A stretch of 64,000 nucleotides of DNA from Candidatus Eiseniibacteriota bacterium (GTDB lineage Bacteria > Eisenbacteria > RBG-16-71-46 > CAIMUX01 > VGJL01), in contig JBHGAY010000001.1 of NCBI GenBank assembly GCA_041946735.1, positions 192,001 to 256,000 of the forward strand, read 5' to 3'. The first letter of the stretch is position 1; each line of letters starts with the position of its first letter. Made by a program: the position numbers and the translations under genes. The notes under the pieces were generated by a model. It was given only the letters and a program-made list of their open reading frames with translations, made no database searches and was not told the DNA's origin. Below are positions 1-10,100 of the stretch, in pieces.

Positions 1-6
1 GTTCAT
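1..6 (-). CDS. Probable start (ATG AAC) of a gene running off the left edge
   Basis: The minus strand reads GGGAGGGGGTGCA-ATGAAC, an SD-like run just before an ATG, divergent from the MFS gene. Only two codons are visible. Confidence 0.3.
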
Positions 7-234
7 TGCACCCCCTCCCGCTCCACCTCACCGATTTTTCCGGGCGCGCAATTCCGGAACGGGCGGTTCTCCGTGGGGTACCGACCGTGACGGGCACGCC
101 ATGAAGATTTCGACATTTGAGATTGCAATCCTTTGCACAAGTGATAACGCTGGACCGTAGCACAAGGCCGTATCGATGACAACGTTCGGGCGCTACCGAA
201 TGGCCTTTTCTACCAAGAAGGACGATTAACCACA

Positions 235-1611
235 GTGCATCTGAGCGCGGCGGTCCCCGCCCCCTGGCGGGGCTTCTGGGATCGGTTCGCCTTCCCTCCG
301 TCCGAAAGCGCCGAAGAGTCCCGAGCCTTCCGCGAGCACCTGCTCTCCTCCTTCTGGGCAGGCACTTCCGGAGGCGTGTTCCTGCTGACCGACGTCATCC
401 TCGCGAAGACCCTGAACGCGACCGGATGGCAGATGACTTTGATGGCGAGCCTCGGACCGATCGCCAGCCTGATGTCGTTCGCCTGGGTCGGCCTCGTGAC
501 CGGCAAACGGCGCGGGTCCTCCTTCTTTCTCGCCGCGCTCCTCGGAAAGATCCCGATCGTGCTCGTCCTCGTCTTCAAGACGGCGACCTACATGGTCTTC
601 ATGACGTTCCTCTCGAGCCTGATCGGAGCGTTGATGATGACCGGGACGAATTCGATCTACCAGGCCTGCTACTCCGAGAAAACGCGCGCGCACCGCTACG
701 CCCTCGCGACCTCGGTCGGCACGGTCTTCTCCATTCTGAGCGCGCAGGTCTCCGGTGCGATCCTCGAGAGGAACGAGCGCGTCTGGCCGTACCTGTTCGT
801 GATCTCCGCCCTGATGAGCTTGCTCGCGGTCTACCACACCTACCGGATGGACGTCGCCTCCGGCGACCGGCGGGACGCGCGCGCCTGGCTGCGCATGGGA
901 GCCGAGAGCCTGCGATCGAGCGTGCGCACCCGGCCGCACTTCGAGCCGGCCGGCGTCGGCCGCAGCTTCGGGGACGCGGTGAGGATCAGCCGCGAGAATC
1001 CGGAGTTCTTCCGGTTCGAGATGAACTTCATGGTGTATGGGATCGCGTTCCTCGCGATCCTCCCGATCTTTCCGCTCTACATCGTCAACGAGCTGAAGAT
1101 GAACTACACCCAGCTCTCGGCGACCAAGGGAGTCTGGTCGCAGGCGGGACAGATGGTGCTGAGCCCCCTGCTCGGGATCCTGCTCGTCCGCATGCGGCCG
1201 ATGCGATTCACGGGGCAGTTCTTCCTGCTCCTCATGCTCTATCCGCTCTGCATTCTCGCCTCGACGTTCGCATCCGGCGACGAACGCATCGCCTGGGTAT
1301 GGGGAGCGGTGTTGCTCTTCTCGGTCGCGATGGCGGGCGTGAACCTTTCCTGGAACATGTCCTCGATCTACTTCGCGGGCGAAGCGGACGCTGCTACGTT
1401 CCAGGGGCTGCACATCGCGATGACCGGCGTCCGCGGGCTGTTCGCCCCTGCGCTCGGCTACTTCCTCTATGCCCACGGCGGGACCCGCGTCGTCTTCAGC
1501 TTCTCGACGGCGCTATTCGCCGTCGCGGCCTGGATGATGTTCGCTCAGGAGAAGCGGACTCGACAGAGCCGGCTTGCGACGGAGGCGCTGGAGCGAGGGG
1601 CGGCAGCCTAG
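235..1611 (+). CDS. MFS-type transporter
   Basis: 458-aa ORF (GTG start) with about 12 hydrophobic segments in two bundles separated by a polar loop. Confidence 0.8.
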   Translation: MHLSAAVPAPWRGFWDRFAFPPSESAEESRAFREHLLSSFWAGTSGGVFLLTDVILAKTLNATGWQMTLMASLGPIASLMSFAWVGLVTGKRRGSSFFLAALLGKIPIVLVLVFKTATYMVFMTFLSSLIGALMMTGTNSIYQACYSEKTRAHRYALATSVGTVFSILSAQVSGAILERNERVWPYLFVISALMSLLAVYHTYRMDVASGDRRDARAWLRMGAESLRSSVRTRPHFEPAGVGRSFGDAVRISRENPEFFRFEMNFMVYGIAFLAILPIFPLYIVNELKMNYTQLSATKGVWSQAGQMVLSPLLGILLVRMRPMRFTGQFFLLLMLYPLCILASTFASGDERIAWVWGAVLLFSVAMAGVNLSWNMSSIYFAGEADAATFQGLHIAMTGVRGLFAPALGYFLYAHGGTRVVFSFSTALFAVAAWMMFAQEKRTRQSRLATEALERGAAA

Positions 1612-1670
1612 AGCCGCCCCTTCCCCGCCGCGGGCACGAGCCGCGCTCTCGCGGCCCCCGCGGCCGCGCC

Positions 1671-1700
1671 TTGACCCTCCTCGACAGCGGTTCCTATACT
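1671..1700 (+). promoter_or_regulatory. Sigma70-type promoter for tdh
   Basis: TTGACC-N18-TATACT, 70 nt upstream of ATG 1771. Confidence 0.6.
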
Positions 1701-1770
1701 CGCGCGGTGTTACCGGCGGGGCCGAGCGGTTTCGTTGTACAGGCGGTTTCGTTTCAAAGGAGTGGCGGGG

Positions 1771-2820
1771 ATGGCGGAGCGGATGCGGGCGGTGGTCAAG
1801 ACCCAGGCGCGGCCTGGCGCCGAGCTCCTGCAGGTGCCGATCCCCCGGATTCAGCCCGACGAGGTGCTGGTCCGGGTGAAGGCGACCACGATCTGCGGGA
1901 CCGATGTTCACATCTACCAGTGGAACGAGTGGGCGCAGGGACGAATCAAGAACCTGCCGCAGACGCTCGGGCACGAGCTGGCCGGAGAGGTGGTCGAGGT
2001 CGGCTCCACCGTGACGACGGTCAAGCCGGGGGATTTCGTCTCGTGCGAGACGCACATCCCGTGCCTCCACTGCGTGCAATGCCTGACCGGCCAGATGCAC
2101 ATCTGCGCGAACCTGAAGATCCTCGGCGTCGACCGCGACGGCTGCTTCGCTGAGTACGTCGCCGTACCGTCGATCGTCTGTTGGAAGAACGACCCGGCGA
2201 TTCCGCCGGAGATCGCCGCCGCTCAGGAGCCGCTCGGCAACGCGGTCTACGCGACGCTCGTCGAGCCGGTCACCTCCCGGTCGGTCTTGATCTTCGGCGA
2301 CGGCCCGACCGGCCTCTTCGCGGCGGGGGTCGCGCGCGCGAGCGGAGCGTCGATCGTCTTCCTCGTGGGAGTGAACGACGCCCGGCTCGAGATCGCGCGC
2401 AAGATGGGAGCCGACGTGGTCCTCGACGCGAGGAAGGACGACGTGCGGAGCGTCGTGCTCGATCGCACGCATGGCGTGGGGGCGGACGTCGTCCTCGACA
2501 TGGTCGGCCTGCAGTCGGTCCTCGACCAGGGGCTCGAGCTGGTGCGCCGGGGCGGACGCTTCTCCGCGTTCGGCCTTCCCGACGGCCGCCTTTCGATCGA
2601 TATGAACAATGGGGTGATCTTCAAGGGGCTCCGGCTCTATGGGATCAACGGCCGGCTGATGTTCGAGACGTGGCTGCAGGTTTCGCAGCTTCTCCGTTCC
2701 GGAAGACTGGACATTCGGCCGGTGATCACGCACAAGCTCCCGCTCGAGGAGTTCGCGCGCGGCTTCGATCTGCTGCACGAGGTGCCGATCAGCACGGGGA
2801 AGGTGGTGCTCATCCCTTAG
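1771..2820 (+). CDS. tdh: L-threonine 3-dehydrogenase (Zn-dependent MDR family)
   Basis: ICGTDVHIYQWNEW, GHELAGEV, the structural Zn site CLHCVQC..C, EPLGNAV and GINGRLMFETW. SD AAGGAG precedes ATG 1771. Confidence 0.88.
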   Translation: MAERMRAVVKTQARPGAELLQVPIPRIQPDEVLVRVKATTICGTDVHIYQWNEWAQGRIKNLPQTLGHELAGEVVEVGSTVTTVKPGDFVSCETHIPCLHCVQCLTGQMHICANLKILGVDRDGCFAEYVAVPSIVCWKNDPAIPPEIAAAQEPLGNAVYATLVEPVTSRSVLIFGDGPTGLFAAGVARASGASIVFLVGVNDARLEIARKMGADVVLDARKDDVRSVVLDRTHGVGADVVLDMVGLQSVLDQGLELVRRGGRFSAFGLPDGRLSIDMNNGVIFKGLRLYGINGRLMFETWLQVSQLLRSGRLDIRPVITHKLPLEEFARGFDLLHEVPISTGKVVLIP

Positions 2821-3047
2821 GCGCGCCGGTAGCGGGCCGGCAGTAGGCCGGCGGCGCGCCGTCTCTGCCGTCCCAACTCGACAATCCGCTTGACGAAGCG
2901 CCCCTCAGAGATGACTCTGGGGGGCGTCCTTCTGACGTCGTCCCCGCAGAGCCCGCCAGGTTTGCGGATCGTCGGAGTCGCGTCGGCGAGGAATTCGAAA
3001 CGTTCCGGTGGTCTCACCTGGTCGCAGGCTCTAGGAGTGCACTCTCG

Positions 3048-3335
3048 ATGGGACGGAACCTCTACGTGGGCAATCTTGCCTACAGCGTCACGGAAGACGA
3101 ACTTCGCAACCTCTTCGAGCAGATCGGCGCCGTCGAAACGGTCAACATCATCACGGATCGTGAAACGGGCCGTCCCCGTGGGTTCGGTTTCGTGAAAATG
3201 ACGACCGACGAGGATGCGCAGAAGGCGGTGGAACAGCTCAATGGCCGCCCCTTCCTGGATCGCGCTCTCGTCGTCAACGAGGCCCGCCCGAAGGGGGATG
3301 GCGGAGGCGGCGGAGCAGGCTACCGCCGCTACTGA
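3048..3335 (+). CDS. RRM RNA-binding protein with Gly-rich tail
   Basis: RNP2 LYVGNL, RNP1 RGFGFV, and NEARP followed by a Gly-rich tail ending RRY. SD AGGAG. Confidence 0.95.
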   Translation: MGRNLYVGNLAYSVTEDELRNLFEQIGAVETVNIITDRETGRPRGFGFVKMTTDEDAQKAVEQLNGRPFLDRALVVNEARPKGDGGGGGAGYRRY

Positions 3336-3425
3336 TTCTTCCCTCCGCGGCTCTCTGAGGTAGGCGCCTCACAGGGCTGGATCGATCCGTCGTTCCGGCC
3401 CTCCGGAACACCCTGTCTTCGCGCG

Positions 3426-3551
3426 CTACTTCCAGACCAGGGAGACGACGTAGATCAGGATCGTCGGGATCCCGACGATCAAGATGAGGTCGAGAACCAC
3501 CCGCTTCGTCGACCGATGGTGTTTTTCGTGACTCGGGCTCTGCGAAGCCAT
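3426..3551 (-). CDS. 41-aa small membrane protein
   Basis: MASQSPSHEKHHRSTKRVVLDLILIVGIPTILIYVVSLVWK. SD AGGAGG upstream; basic N-terminus then one TM helix. Confidence 0.6.
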   Translation of the reverse strand: MASQSPSHEKHHRSTKRVVLDLILIVGIPTILIYVVSLVWK

Positions 3552-3625
3552 TCGAAACCTTCCTCCTTCTTCCCGCCCCTCGCGCGGCGGCAAACGACGT
3601 CGCCGATCGTACCCGGATCTCGCAA

Positions 3626-4912
3626 CTAACGGAAGAGCAACCGCAGCCTCCCCCAATCGACCGTCGCCACCGCCGTCGGCTCCTCGCACCCCGCGTCCAG
3701 CGCGCCGATCCGGCCGCAGCCGGCCGGCCCGTGGCCCGGGAGCAAGGGGGAATCGGAGCTCGGGGCATAGTCGCCGGCGCCCGGATCGCAGAACCGGGGA
3801 TCCGCCACGAGAACCCTGTCGCCCGTGAAACAGGAAGGATCGACCGCCTCGGCTGGCCAGAGCACGGCGCAGTCGAGATACGCCGGCGGCACGCCGGCGC
3901 AGGAGAAGACCTCGCCTCCGCCGGCAGCCTGCACCACCGTGGCCGTCATTTGAAGCGCCGCGCCGTCCTCGAGCGAGATCGCCGGTGATTCCCCCGGGTC
4001 CGCCCGGTTGCCCGCGATCGTCGCGCCATCGACCCGCAAGGAGACGCCGGTGGCGAAGATCGCCCCACCTCTTTCCGCGAAGTTGTCGACGAGCCGGGAG
4101 CCTTCCACGCGGCAGACCGTCTCGCCCGGCAGCGTCAGGTGGATCGCTCCTCCGTCGACGGCGCTGTTGCCAGCCACGACGCAATCGAGGAGCCGGGGAC
4201 CAGAGCGGAAGCCGGCGAACCCGCCTCCCGTCACCGACGCGTTGTCGACGATCTCGCAATCCTCGAACGTCGACCCGACATCGATCAGAAGGCTCACCCC
4301 GCCACCGTTTCCGGCCGCGTTTCCCGCGATCCTGCATCTCCGGAGCGTCGGCCAACCGCCGATGATCGCGACTCCCCCGCCGTCCGTGCCGCCGTTGCCG
4401 GAGACGACGCAGTCCTCGATCCGCGGGTGGGCGCTGTCGATCAGGATCCCGCCGCCGTAGCGGCCGTCCCGCGGGAGCGGAACGTGTAAGGGGGCCTGGA
4501 GCGGCGTGCCGATCCCGTTCTGGAAGGTCAGCCCTCGGACGACCGGTTGCCCGTTCGGCGTGAACGGGATCCGGAGACCAGAGCCGAGCCCGGTGGCATC
4601 GACGATCGTCGCCGCGGCGCCGGCGACACCGGTGAGCGTGATGACCTTCGACTGGAGGAACAAAGACTCGAAGTAGGTGCCGGGGAAGATGCGGATCTCG
4701 TCGCCGTCGTGCGCCGCATCGATCGCCTGCTGGATCGTCGGGAAGTCGGCCGGCCCTTCCTGTGCGACCGTCCAGACGCGGGCCAGGCTCGAGCCGGGAT
4801 CGAGAGCGAGCAGCAGCGCCGGCGCCCCGAGCAGGATCGTGAGCGCGAGGAACACGGCGGCGGGGGCGGCGGCCCGGATGGGCATCGATTCGGCGTGAGG
4901 CAGGGAGCGCAT
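3626..4912 (-). CDS. Secreted right-handed parallel beta-helix protein with WGRLRLLFR tail
   Basis: Signal peptide, [17 protein letters not shown], repeated GN.A..GGG(I/V) units and a DPRFC..GDY..SPLL..CG.IGA subdomain. SD GGAGG precedes ATG 4912. Confidence 0.85.
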   Translation of the reverse strand: MRSLPHAESMPIRAAAPAAVFLALTILLGAPALLLALDPGSSLARVWTVAQEGPADFPTIQQAIDAAHDGDEIRIFPGTYFESLFLQSKVITLTGVAGAAATIVDATGLGSGLRIPFTPNGQPVVRGLTFQNGIGTPLQAPLHVPLPRDGRYGGGILIDSAHPRIEDCVVSGNGGTDGGGVAIIGGWPTLRRCRIAGNAAGNGGGVSLLIDVGSTFEDCEIVDNASVTGGGFAGFRSGPRLLDCVVAGNSAVDGGAIHLTLPGETVCRVEGSRLVDNFAERGGAIFATGVSLRVDGATIAGNRADPGESPAISLEDGAALQMTATVVQAAGGGEVFSCAGVPPAYLDCAVLWPAEAVDPSCFTGDRVLVADPRFCDPGAGDYAPSSDSPLLPGHGPAGCGRIGALDAGCEEPTAVATVDWGRLRLLFR

Positions 4913-5018
4913 CGTCACCTCCCGATCTTCCCCGGCGGGCCGGAGGGAAGACTCGTGCGAAGAATGGTAGCCCGGCCGGGTCCGATCCCGCCACGGTGGC
5001 CCACCTCTCCGGCCGAGC

Positions 5019-5078
5019 GGGCGAGGAGACGCCGCGGCCCGGGCGAGGAGACGCCGCGGCCCGGGCGAGGAGACGCCG
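5019..5078. repeat. 22-bp tandem repeat GGGCGAGGAGACGCCGCGGCCC, about 2.7 copies
   Basis: Units at 5019-5040, 5041-5062 and a partial unit at 5063-5078, in the divergent intergenic region. Confidence 0.9.
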
Positions 5079-5277
5079 GCGGGCGGGGAGCGGAAGCGCC
5101 GGGGGCGGCGAAGGCGGCGAACCGGGCGAGGGCGCGGTCGTTGTCCGTCCGGAAGGGCATCTGTTAGGCTCGGCGGTCCCACAGGAGAGAGAAGCTCGCG
5201 AAAGAGGCGCCGCCGCGACGGCTCCGATTCGACCGCGGCAGCAGCCGCAGCGGCACCCATGGAGGAGGAGCGATCGC

Positions 5278-6369
5278 ATGAGCGAGACGGCCCCGCTGGG
5301 CGTACGCGGAATCGATCACGTCGAGATCTGGGTCGGCAACGCCGCGCAGGCGGCCTACTTCTACCGCACGGCGTTCGGCTTCGACGTCGCCGCCTACTCC
5401 GGGCCGGAGACGGGCGTCCGCGACCGGGCCAGCTACGCTCTCGAGCGCGGCAAGATCCGGCTCGCCGTCACGGCGCCGATCCTGCCCGAGGGCGCGATCG
5501 CCGCGTTCGTGCACAAGCATGGCGACGCGGTACGCGACATCGTCTTCGAAACGGACGACGCGGAGGGAGCGTACCAGGAGGCGATCCGCCGCGGAGCGCT
5601 GGGGATCGAGACGCCGCGCCTGATGAAGGACGAGGCGGGAAGCGTGGTCCGCGCTTCGATCCGCGCCTACGGGGACGTGGTCCACACCTTCCTCCAGCGC
5701 AGCGACTACGTCGGCCCCTTCCTTCCCGGTTACGCGGAGCGGCGGGCCCCGGGTGGCGACACGGGGCTGTTGCGCGTCGACCATGTCGTGGCGAACGTCG
5801 AGGATCAGAAGATGGACGCCTGGGTCGGGTACTACAGCTCGATCTTCGGCTTCCGCCACTTCCTCACGTTCGACGACAAGGACATCTCGACCGAGTATTC
5901 CGCTCTGCGCTCGAAGGTGATGGCGAGCGAGAGCGGCGCCGTGAAGCTTCCGATCAACGAGCCGGCGCCCGGCATGCGGCGCTCGCAGATCCAGGAGTAC
6001 ATCGACTTCAACCTCGGACCCGGCGTGCAGCACATCGCGCTCCTGACCGGCGACATTCTCGAGACGATCGGGGATCTGCGCGAACGCGGCGTCTCCTTCC
6101 TCGAGGTTCCGGACGCCTACTACGACCAGCTTCCCGAACGCGTGGGCGAGATCGAGGAGGATCTCGATGCGCTGCGCCGCCACAAGATCCTGGTCGACCG
6201 GGATCAGGACGGCTACCTCCTCCAGCTCTTCACGCGACCGGTCGAGGACCGTCCCACCCTCTTCTACGAGGTGATCCAGCGGAAGGGCTCGCAGGGATTC
6301 GGCAAGGGGAACTTCAAGGCCCTCTTCGAAGCGATCGAGCGCGAGCAGGCGCTCCGCGGGAACCTCTGA
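5278..6369 (+). CDS. hppD: 4-hydroxyphenylpyruvate dioxygenase
   Basis: [36 protein letters not shown] and [28 protein letters not shown]. Confidence 0.96.
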   Translation: MSETAPLGVRGIDHVEIWVGNAAQAAYFYRTAFGFDVAAYSGPETGVRDRASYALERGKIRLAVTAPILPEGAIAAFVHKHGDAVRDIVFETDDAEGAYQEAIRRGALGIETPRLMKDEAGSVVRASIRAYGDVVHTFLQRSDYVGPFLPGYAERRAPGGDTGLLRVDHVVANVEDQKMDAWVGYYSSIFGFRHFLTFDDKDISTEYSALRSKVMASESGAVKLPINEPAPGMRRSQIQEYIDFNLGPGVQHIALLTGDILETIGDLRERGVSFLEVPDAYYDQLPERVGEIEEDLDALRRHKILVDRDQDGYLLQLFTRPVEDRPTLFYEVIQRKGSQGFGKGNFKALFEAIEREQALRGNL

Positions 6370-7547
6370 TGCCGATCTATCGCCGCGAAGGGGAGATCCC
6401 GCCGAAGAGGCACACGCAGTTCCGGCGTCCCGACGGAGGCCTCTACTACGAGGAGCTGATCGGGACCGAAGGGTTCTCGGGGATCTCCTCGCTCGTGTAT
6501 CACCTGCGCCGCCCGACGCAGGTGCGATCGGCCCGGCGCCTCGGACCGGTCGTCTACGAGGCGAGCGAGCCGGGGCCGCTCCGGCACCGGCACGTGCGGA
6601 CGCGAAGGATCCCCGAGGGAGGGGACCCCTGGACGGCCCGCCGCCCGCTGTTCTGGAACGCGGACGTCGTGATCTCCGTCGCGCGCCCCACCCAGAGCTC
6701 GGAGACGTTCTTCCGCGACAGCCAGGGCGAAGAGCTGATCTACGTCAGCGAGGGGAGCGGCGCTCTCGAATCGATCTTCGGCGACCTGCCCTACGGCAAG
6801 GGGGACTACCTCGTCATCCCGCGGGGCACGATCCATCGCTTCCGCTGCGATCCCGTCCCCCATCATCTGCTCGTCGTCGAGTCGCGCGGGCACGTGCGCA
6901 CGCCGAAGCGCTACCGCAACTCCTTCGGGCAGCTCCTCGAGCATTCCCCGTTCTGCGAGCGGGACATTCGCACTCCCCGCTTCCGCGAGCCGCGCGACGA
7001 GACCGGGGAGTTCGAGATCCGGGTCAAGCAGGGAGACGCGATCCACGCCTACCTCTACGCGGCGCATCCGTTCGACGCGATCGGCTGGGACGGCTACTAC
7101 TATCCGTGGGCGATGCAGATATCCGACTTCGAGCCGATCACCGGGCGGATCCATCAGCCTCCCCCGGTGCACCAGACCTTCGAGGGGGACGGCTTCGTCG
7201 TCTGCTCGTTCGTCCCGCGGCTCTACGACTACCATCCCGACTCGATTCCCACCCCCTACCATCATGCGAATGTGGGGAGCGATGAGATCCTCTACTACGC
7301 CTCGGATCGTTTCATGAGCCGCAAGGGGATCGAGCACGGCTCGATCACGCTCCACCCCGACGGCCTGCCGCACGGTCCCCATCCCGGGACGATCGAAGCC
7401 TCGCTCGGCGCCCGCGAGACCGACGAGCTGGCGGTGATGATCGACACCTTCCGCCCGCTCACGGTCGGCCGCGAGGCCGAAGCGATCGAGGACGAGAGCT
7501 ATCTCACGAGCTGGCTCGAGCCGGGAGATCGTCCTTCGGGCGGGTGA
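6369..7547 (+). CDS. hmgA: Homogentisate 1,2-dioxygenase
   Basis: TGATG coupling to hppD. IPPKRHTQFR, HQPPPVHQTF, PYHHANV.SDE, HP.G.PHGPHPG and ELAVMIDTF. Confidence 0.93.
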   Translation: MPIYRREGEIPPKRHTQFRRPDGGLYYEELIGTEGFSGISSLVYHLRRPTQVRSARRLGPVVYEASEPGPLRHRHVRTRRIPEGGDPWTARRPLFWNADVVISVARPTQSSETFFRDSQGEELIYVSEGSGALESIFGDLPYGKGDYLVIPRGTIHRFRCDPVPHHLLVVESRGHVRTPKRYRNSFGQLLEHSPFCERDIRTPRFREPRDETGEFEIRVKQGDAIHAYLYAAHPFDAIGWDGYYYPWAMQISDFEPITGRIHQPPPVHQTFEGDGFVVCSFVPRLYDYHPDSIPTPYHHANVGSDEILYYASDRFMSRKGIEHGSITLHPDGLPHGPHPGTIEASLGARETDELAVMIDTFRPLTVGREAEAIEDESYLTSWLEPGDRPSGG

Positions 7548-8685
7548 CGCCGACGCCGCGCAGGAGGGCGAGCGAGAGGATCGCGACGCCCGCGAGAGCC
7601 GCGGCGGCCAGGAGCAGAGGGGCGGCGTCCCCGAGCGAGGGAACGAGCAGCCCGCCGGCGAGGGGCAGCAGGAACGTGCCGGCGCCGAGGAGCGCTTCGT
7701 GCACGCCTGTGTTCCGTCCCCTTCCCCGCTCCCTATGGATGCTGTGGAAGAAGCTCTCGGTGAACGCGACGCCGAGCGCGTAGCCGATGGCCGGAGCGCA
7801 GAGAAGGATCCAGAGATCGCGGCCGACGCCGGCGAGGACCGCGGTGGCCGCCGCTCCGGCGACGAGCGGCAGGACGAAGAGGCCCCTGCGGTACTCCCAG
7901 CCGTGGCGCAGGCCGAGCCAGGCGAAGGTCGCCGTCTGCGCGAGGCCCAGGAGCCCGAGGAAGTTGCCGAGGTCGGCGGCGTCGTGGCCGAGCGCGAAGA
8001 GCCTCCGCGGATACTGGTATCCCAGCGTGGAGCCGACGCCGAAAGCGATGCCGTTGGCGATCCAGGCGGCGATGCGGAAGCGGCGGCGGACGGCGGCGGG
8101 GGCGCCGCTCGCCTCTTCCGGCGCGGCCCCGGCCTCGCGCGGCGCGATGTCCGGCGGCGCGAAGAGCAGAAGCAGCCCCTCGAGCAGCACGGCGAGCGCG
8201 AGCGGCGTATCGACGCCGAAGGCGTGCGTCAGGTGCCCCGCGACCCAGAAGCCGCTCATCTTCCCCGCGGACCAGCAGACGTTGTACCAGCCGAGACGCC
8301 GGAGCATGCCGGGCCCTTCGATCCTCTCGCCGAACTCGGCATGGATCGCCGGCCAGAACAGCCCGCCGCCGAGCGAAACGAGCGGCAGGAAGACGAAGAG
8401 CCAGGGGAGGCCGGGAGAGAGGCGAAGCAGCAGCGCTCCGGCGGTGACGAGCAGGCAGCCGAAGCGGGCCATTCGCATCCGGTGGCCTCTATCGGAGAGG
8501 CGGCCGAACGCGAGGGCGGAGATCACGTAGACGGTCGAGGAGACGGCGGGAAGCAATCCGAGGGCGAGCGGACCGGCTCCGAACTCGATCGCCTTGAGGG
8601 GAACCGCCGTGAAGACGAGATAGAGGACGAGATCGGCCGTGAAAACCGCGGCCCCGAACCGGCCCGGACTCGCCCCTCCTCTCAC
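7504..8685 (-). CDS. MFS transporter
   Basis: 393 aa, about 12 TM helices, motif A-like FGRLSDRGHR. The GTG start overlaps the cpoB stop. Confidence 0.82.
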   Translation of the reverse strand: MRGGASPGRFGAAVFTADLVLYLVFTAVPLKAIEFGAGPLALGLLPAVSSTVYVISALAFGRLSDRGHRMRMARFGCLLVTAGALLLRLSPGLPWLFVFLPLVSLGGGLFWPAIHAEFGERIEGPGMLRRLGWYNVCWSAGKMSGFWVAGHLTHAFGVDTPLALAVLLEGLLLLFAPPDIAPREAGAAPEEASGAPAAVRRRFRIAAWIANGIAFGVGSTLGYQYPRRLFALGHDAADLGNFLGLLGLAQTATFAWLGLRHGWEYRRGLFVLPLVAGAAATAVLAGVGRDLWILLCAPAIGYALGVAFTESFFHSIHRERGRGRNTGVHEALLGAGTFLLPLAGGLLVPSLGDAAPLLLAAAALAGVAILSLALLRGVGVTRPKDDLPARASS

Positions 8686-9443
8686 CCGATCGACGAAAGC
8701 TTTGCCTTGGCCTGGCGCGCTTCGTCCGACTTGGGATAGCGGCGAATCAGATCCTGAAGGACGTCACGCGCCGAGGAACGGTCCTCGAGCTGCAGGTGGC
8801 TGAAGGCGATCTTCAGAAGCGCCGCCGGGACTTTGTCCCCCTTCGGGTAGTCCTGCTCGACCTTGCGGAACTCCTCGATCGCGCGCCGGAAGTCCCGCTG
8901 CGCGTAGTACGACTCGCCGATCCAGTACTGCGCGTTGTCCGCCAGCTCCGACTGCGGGTCCTTGGCCAGGAAGTCCTGGAAGCCGAGCAGCGCGAGGGCG
9001 TAGTTGCCCCGCGTCATGTCCAGATAGGCGTTGTCGTAGATCATCTTCGCCTCGGCCGGATTGACCGCGCCCCGGGCGCTGTCTCCGCTCGCCCCGGCCG
9101 GCGACGGCGGCACCCAGCTCCGGACCGGGGGCGCGCTCGGGCGCGTGAGTGCATCGTCGAGACGGCTGCCGACCGTCTCCACCGACTGGGTGATCTCCGT
9201 GAGCGTCGTCTGCGTGTCGGCTCGCAGGGCGCGGACCATCTCCTCCTGCCGGGCGAGAGACTGTTCGAGCGCGGCCAGCCTCTGCTCGAGAAGCTCCTGC
9301 CGCTCCGACAGCGCCTTCACCGTCTCGTTCGTCTCGTCCACCGCGATCGGCTGCCGGAGGAGCTTCGCGCCGTAGCAGCCGCTCGAGGCGAGAACGGCCA
9401 ACGGCAGCAGCACCCGGATCCCACGGGACAGCAATCGTGACAT
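8682..9443 (-). CDS. cpoB: Tol-Pal system protein YbgF/CpoB
   Basis: Lipobox-like ASSGC, a coiled coil, then TPRs with LADNAQYWIGESYY and KVPAALLK. Lies downstream of pal. Confidence 0.9.
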   Translation of the reverse strand: MSRLLSRGIRVLLPLAVLASSGCYGAKLLRQPIAVDETNETVKALSERQELLEQRLAALEQSLARQEEMVRALRADTQTTLTEITQSVETVGSRLDDALTRPSAPPVRSWVPPSPAGASGDSARGAVNPAEAKMIYDNAYLDMTRGNYALALLGFQDFLAKDPQSELADNAQYWIGESYYAQRDFRRAIEEFRKVEQDYPKGDKVPAALLKIAFSHLQLEDRSSARDVLQDLIRRYPKSDEARQAKAKLSSIG

Positions 9444-9483
9444 CACCCATCCTCCCCCGTTGTGTTCCCAAGAGAAAAGGGAA

Positions 9484-9516
9484 AGGGAACAACCCCGTCG
9501 CGCGATGGCGACGGGG
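9484..9516 (-). terminator. Intrinsic terminator after pal
   Basis: Stem CCCCGTCGC/GCGACGGGG (9493-9516) followed on the minus strand by TTGTTCCCTTT. Confidence 0.6.
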
Positions 9517-9547
9517 CTGCTCGACACGAACCCGAGGAACGATCCCA

Positions 9548-10069
9548 TCATTTCTGGATGACGAAGTGGGCCCGTCGATTCTGGGCCCATGCGGACTCGT
9601 CATGCCCCTGCGCGAACGGCCGCTCCTCCCCGTAGCTGACCGTGCTGATGCGGCCCGGATCGATCCCGTAATCGACGAGATACCCCTTGGCCGCCTGGGC
9701 GCGGCGCTCTCCGAGGGCGAGGTTGTACTCGACCGTCCCGCGCTCGTCGCAGTGCCCCTCGATCTGAACGCGCAAGTCCTTGTTGCTCGCCATCGTCTCC
9801 GCGTTGCCCTGCATCGTCTGCCTCGCGTCACTGGTGAGGTTCGACTTGTCGTAGTCGAAGAAGATGTCGTTCAACGTCGCCTCGCGTGGCGTCTCGACCG
9901 GTTGGGTCTCGGTCGGGGGCGGGGGCGGCGGCGTGGACGGTTGCGTTGGCGCCGACGTCGTCACATCGGTCGTCGGCTTCGGCTTCTTGGAACAGTCGAC
10001 GCTTCCGGCGATGACGAAGGCCAGCGCCAGCATCGGCAACAGGCGCAGCGAATGCGAAAGAAACTTCAT
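9548..10069 (-). CDS. pal: Peptidoglycan-associated lipoprotein
   Basis: [37 protein letters not shown] and NRRAHF. Confidence 0.96.
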   Translation of the reverse strand: MKFLSHSLRLLPMLALAFVIAGSVDCSKKPKPTTDVTTSAPTQPSTPPPPPPTETQPVETPREATLNDIFFDYDKSNLTSDARQTMQGNAETMASNKDLRVQIEGHCDERGTVEYNLALGERRAQAAKGYLVDYGIDPGRISTVSYGEERPFAQGHDESAWAQNRRAHFVIQK

Positions 10070-10100
10070 CTTCGGCTCCTCTTGGAAGGCGTTGGCTGAC

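Noticed and set aside
5019..5078. CRISPR array (also considered at 61021-61611)
   Set aside because: The repeats are directly adjacent with no unique spacers, and there are no cas genes.
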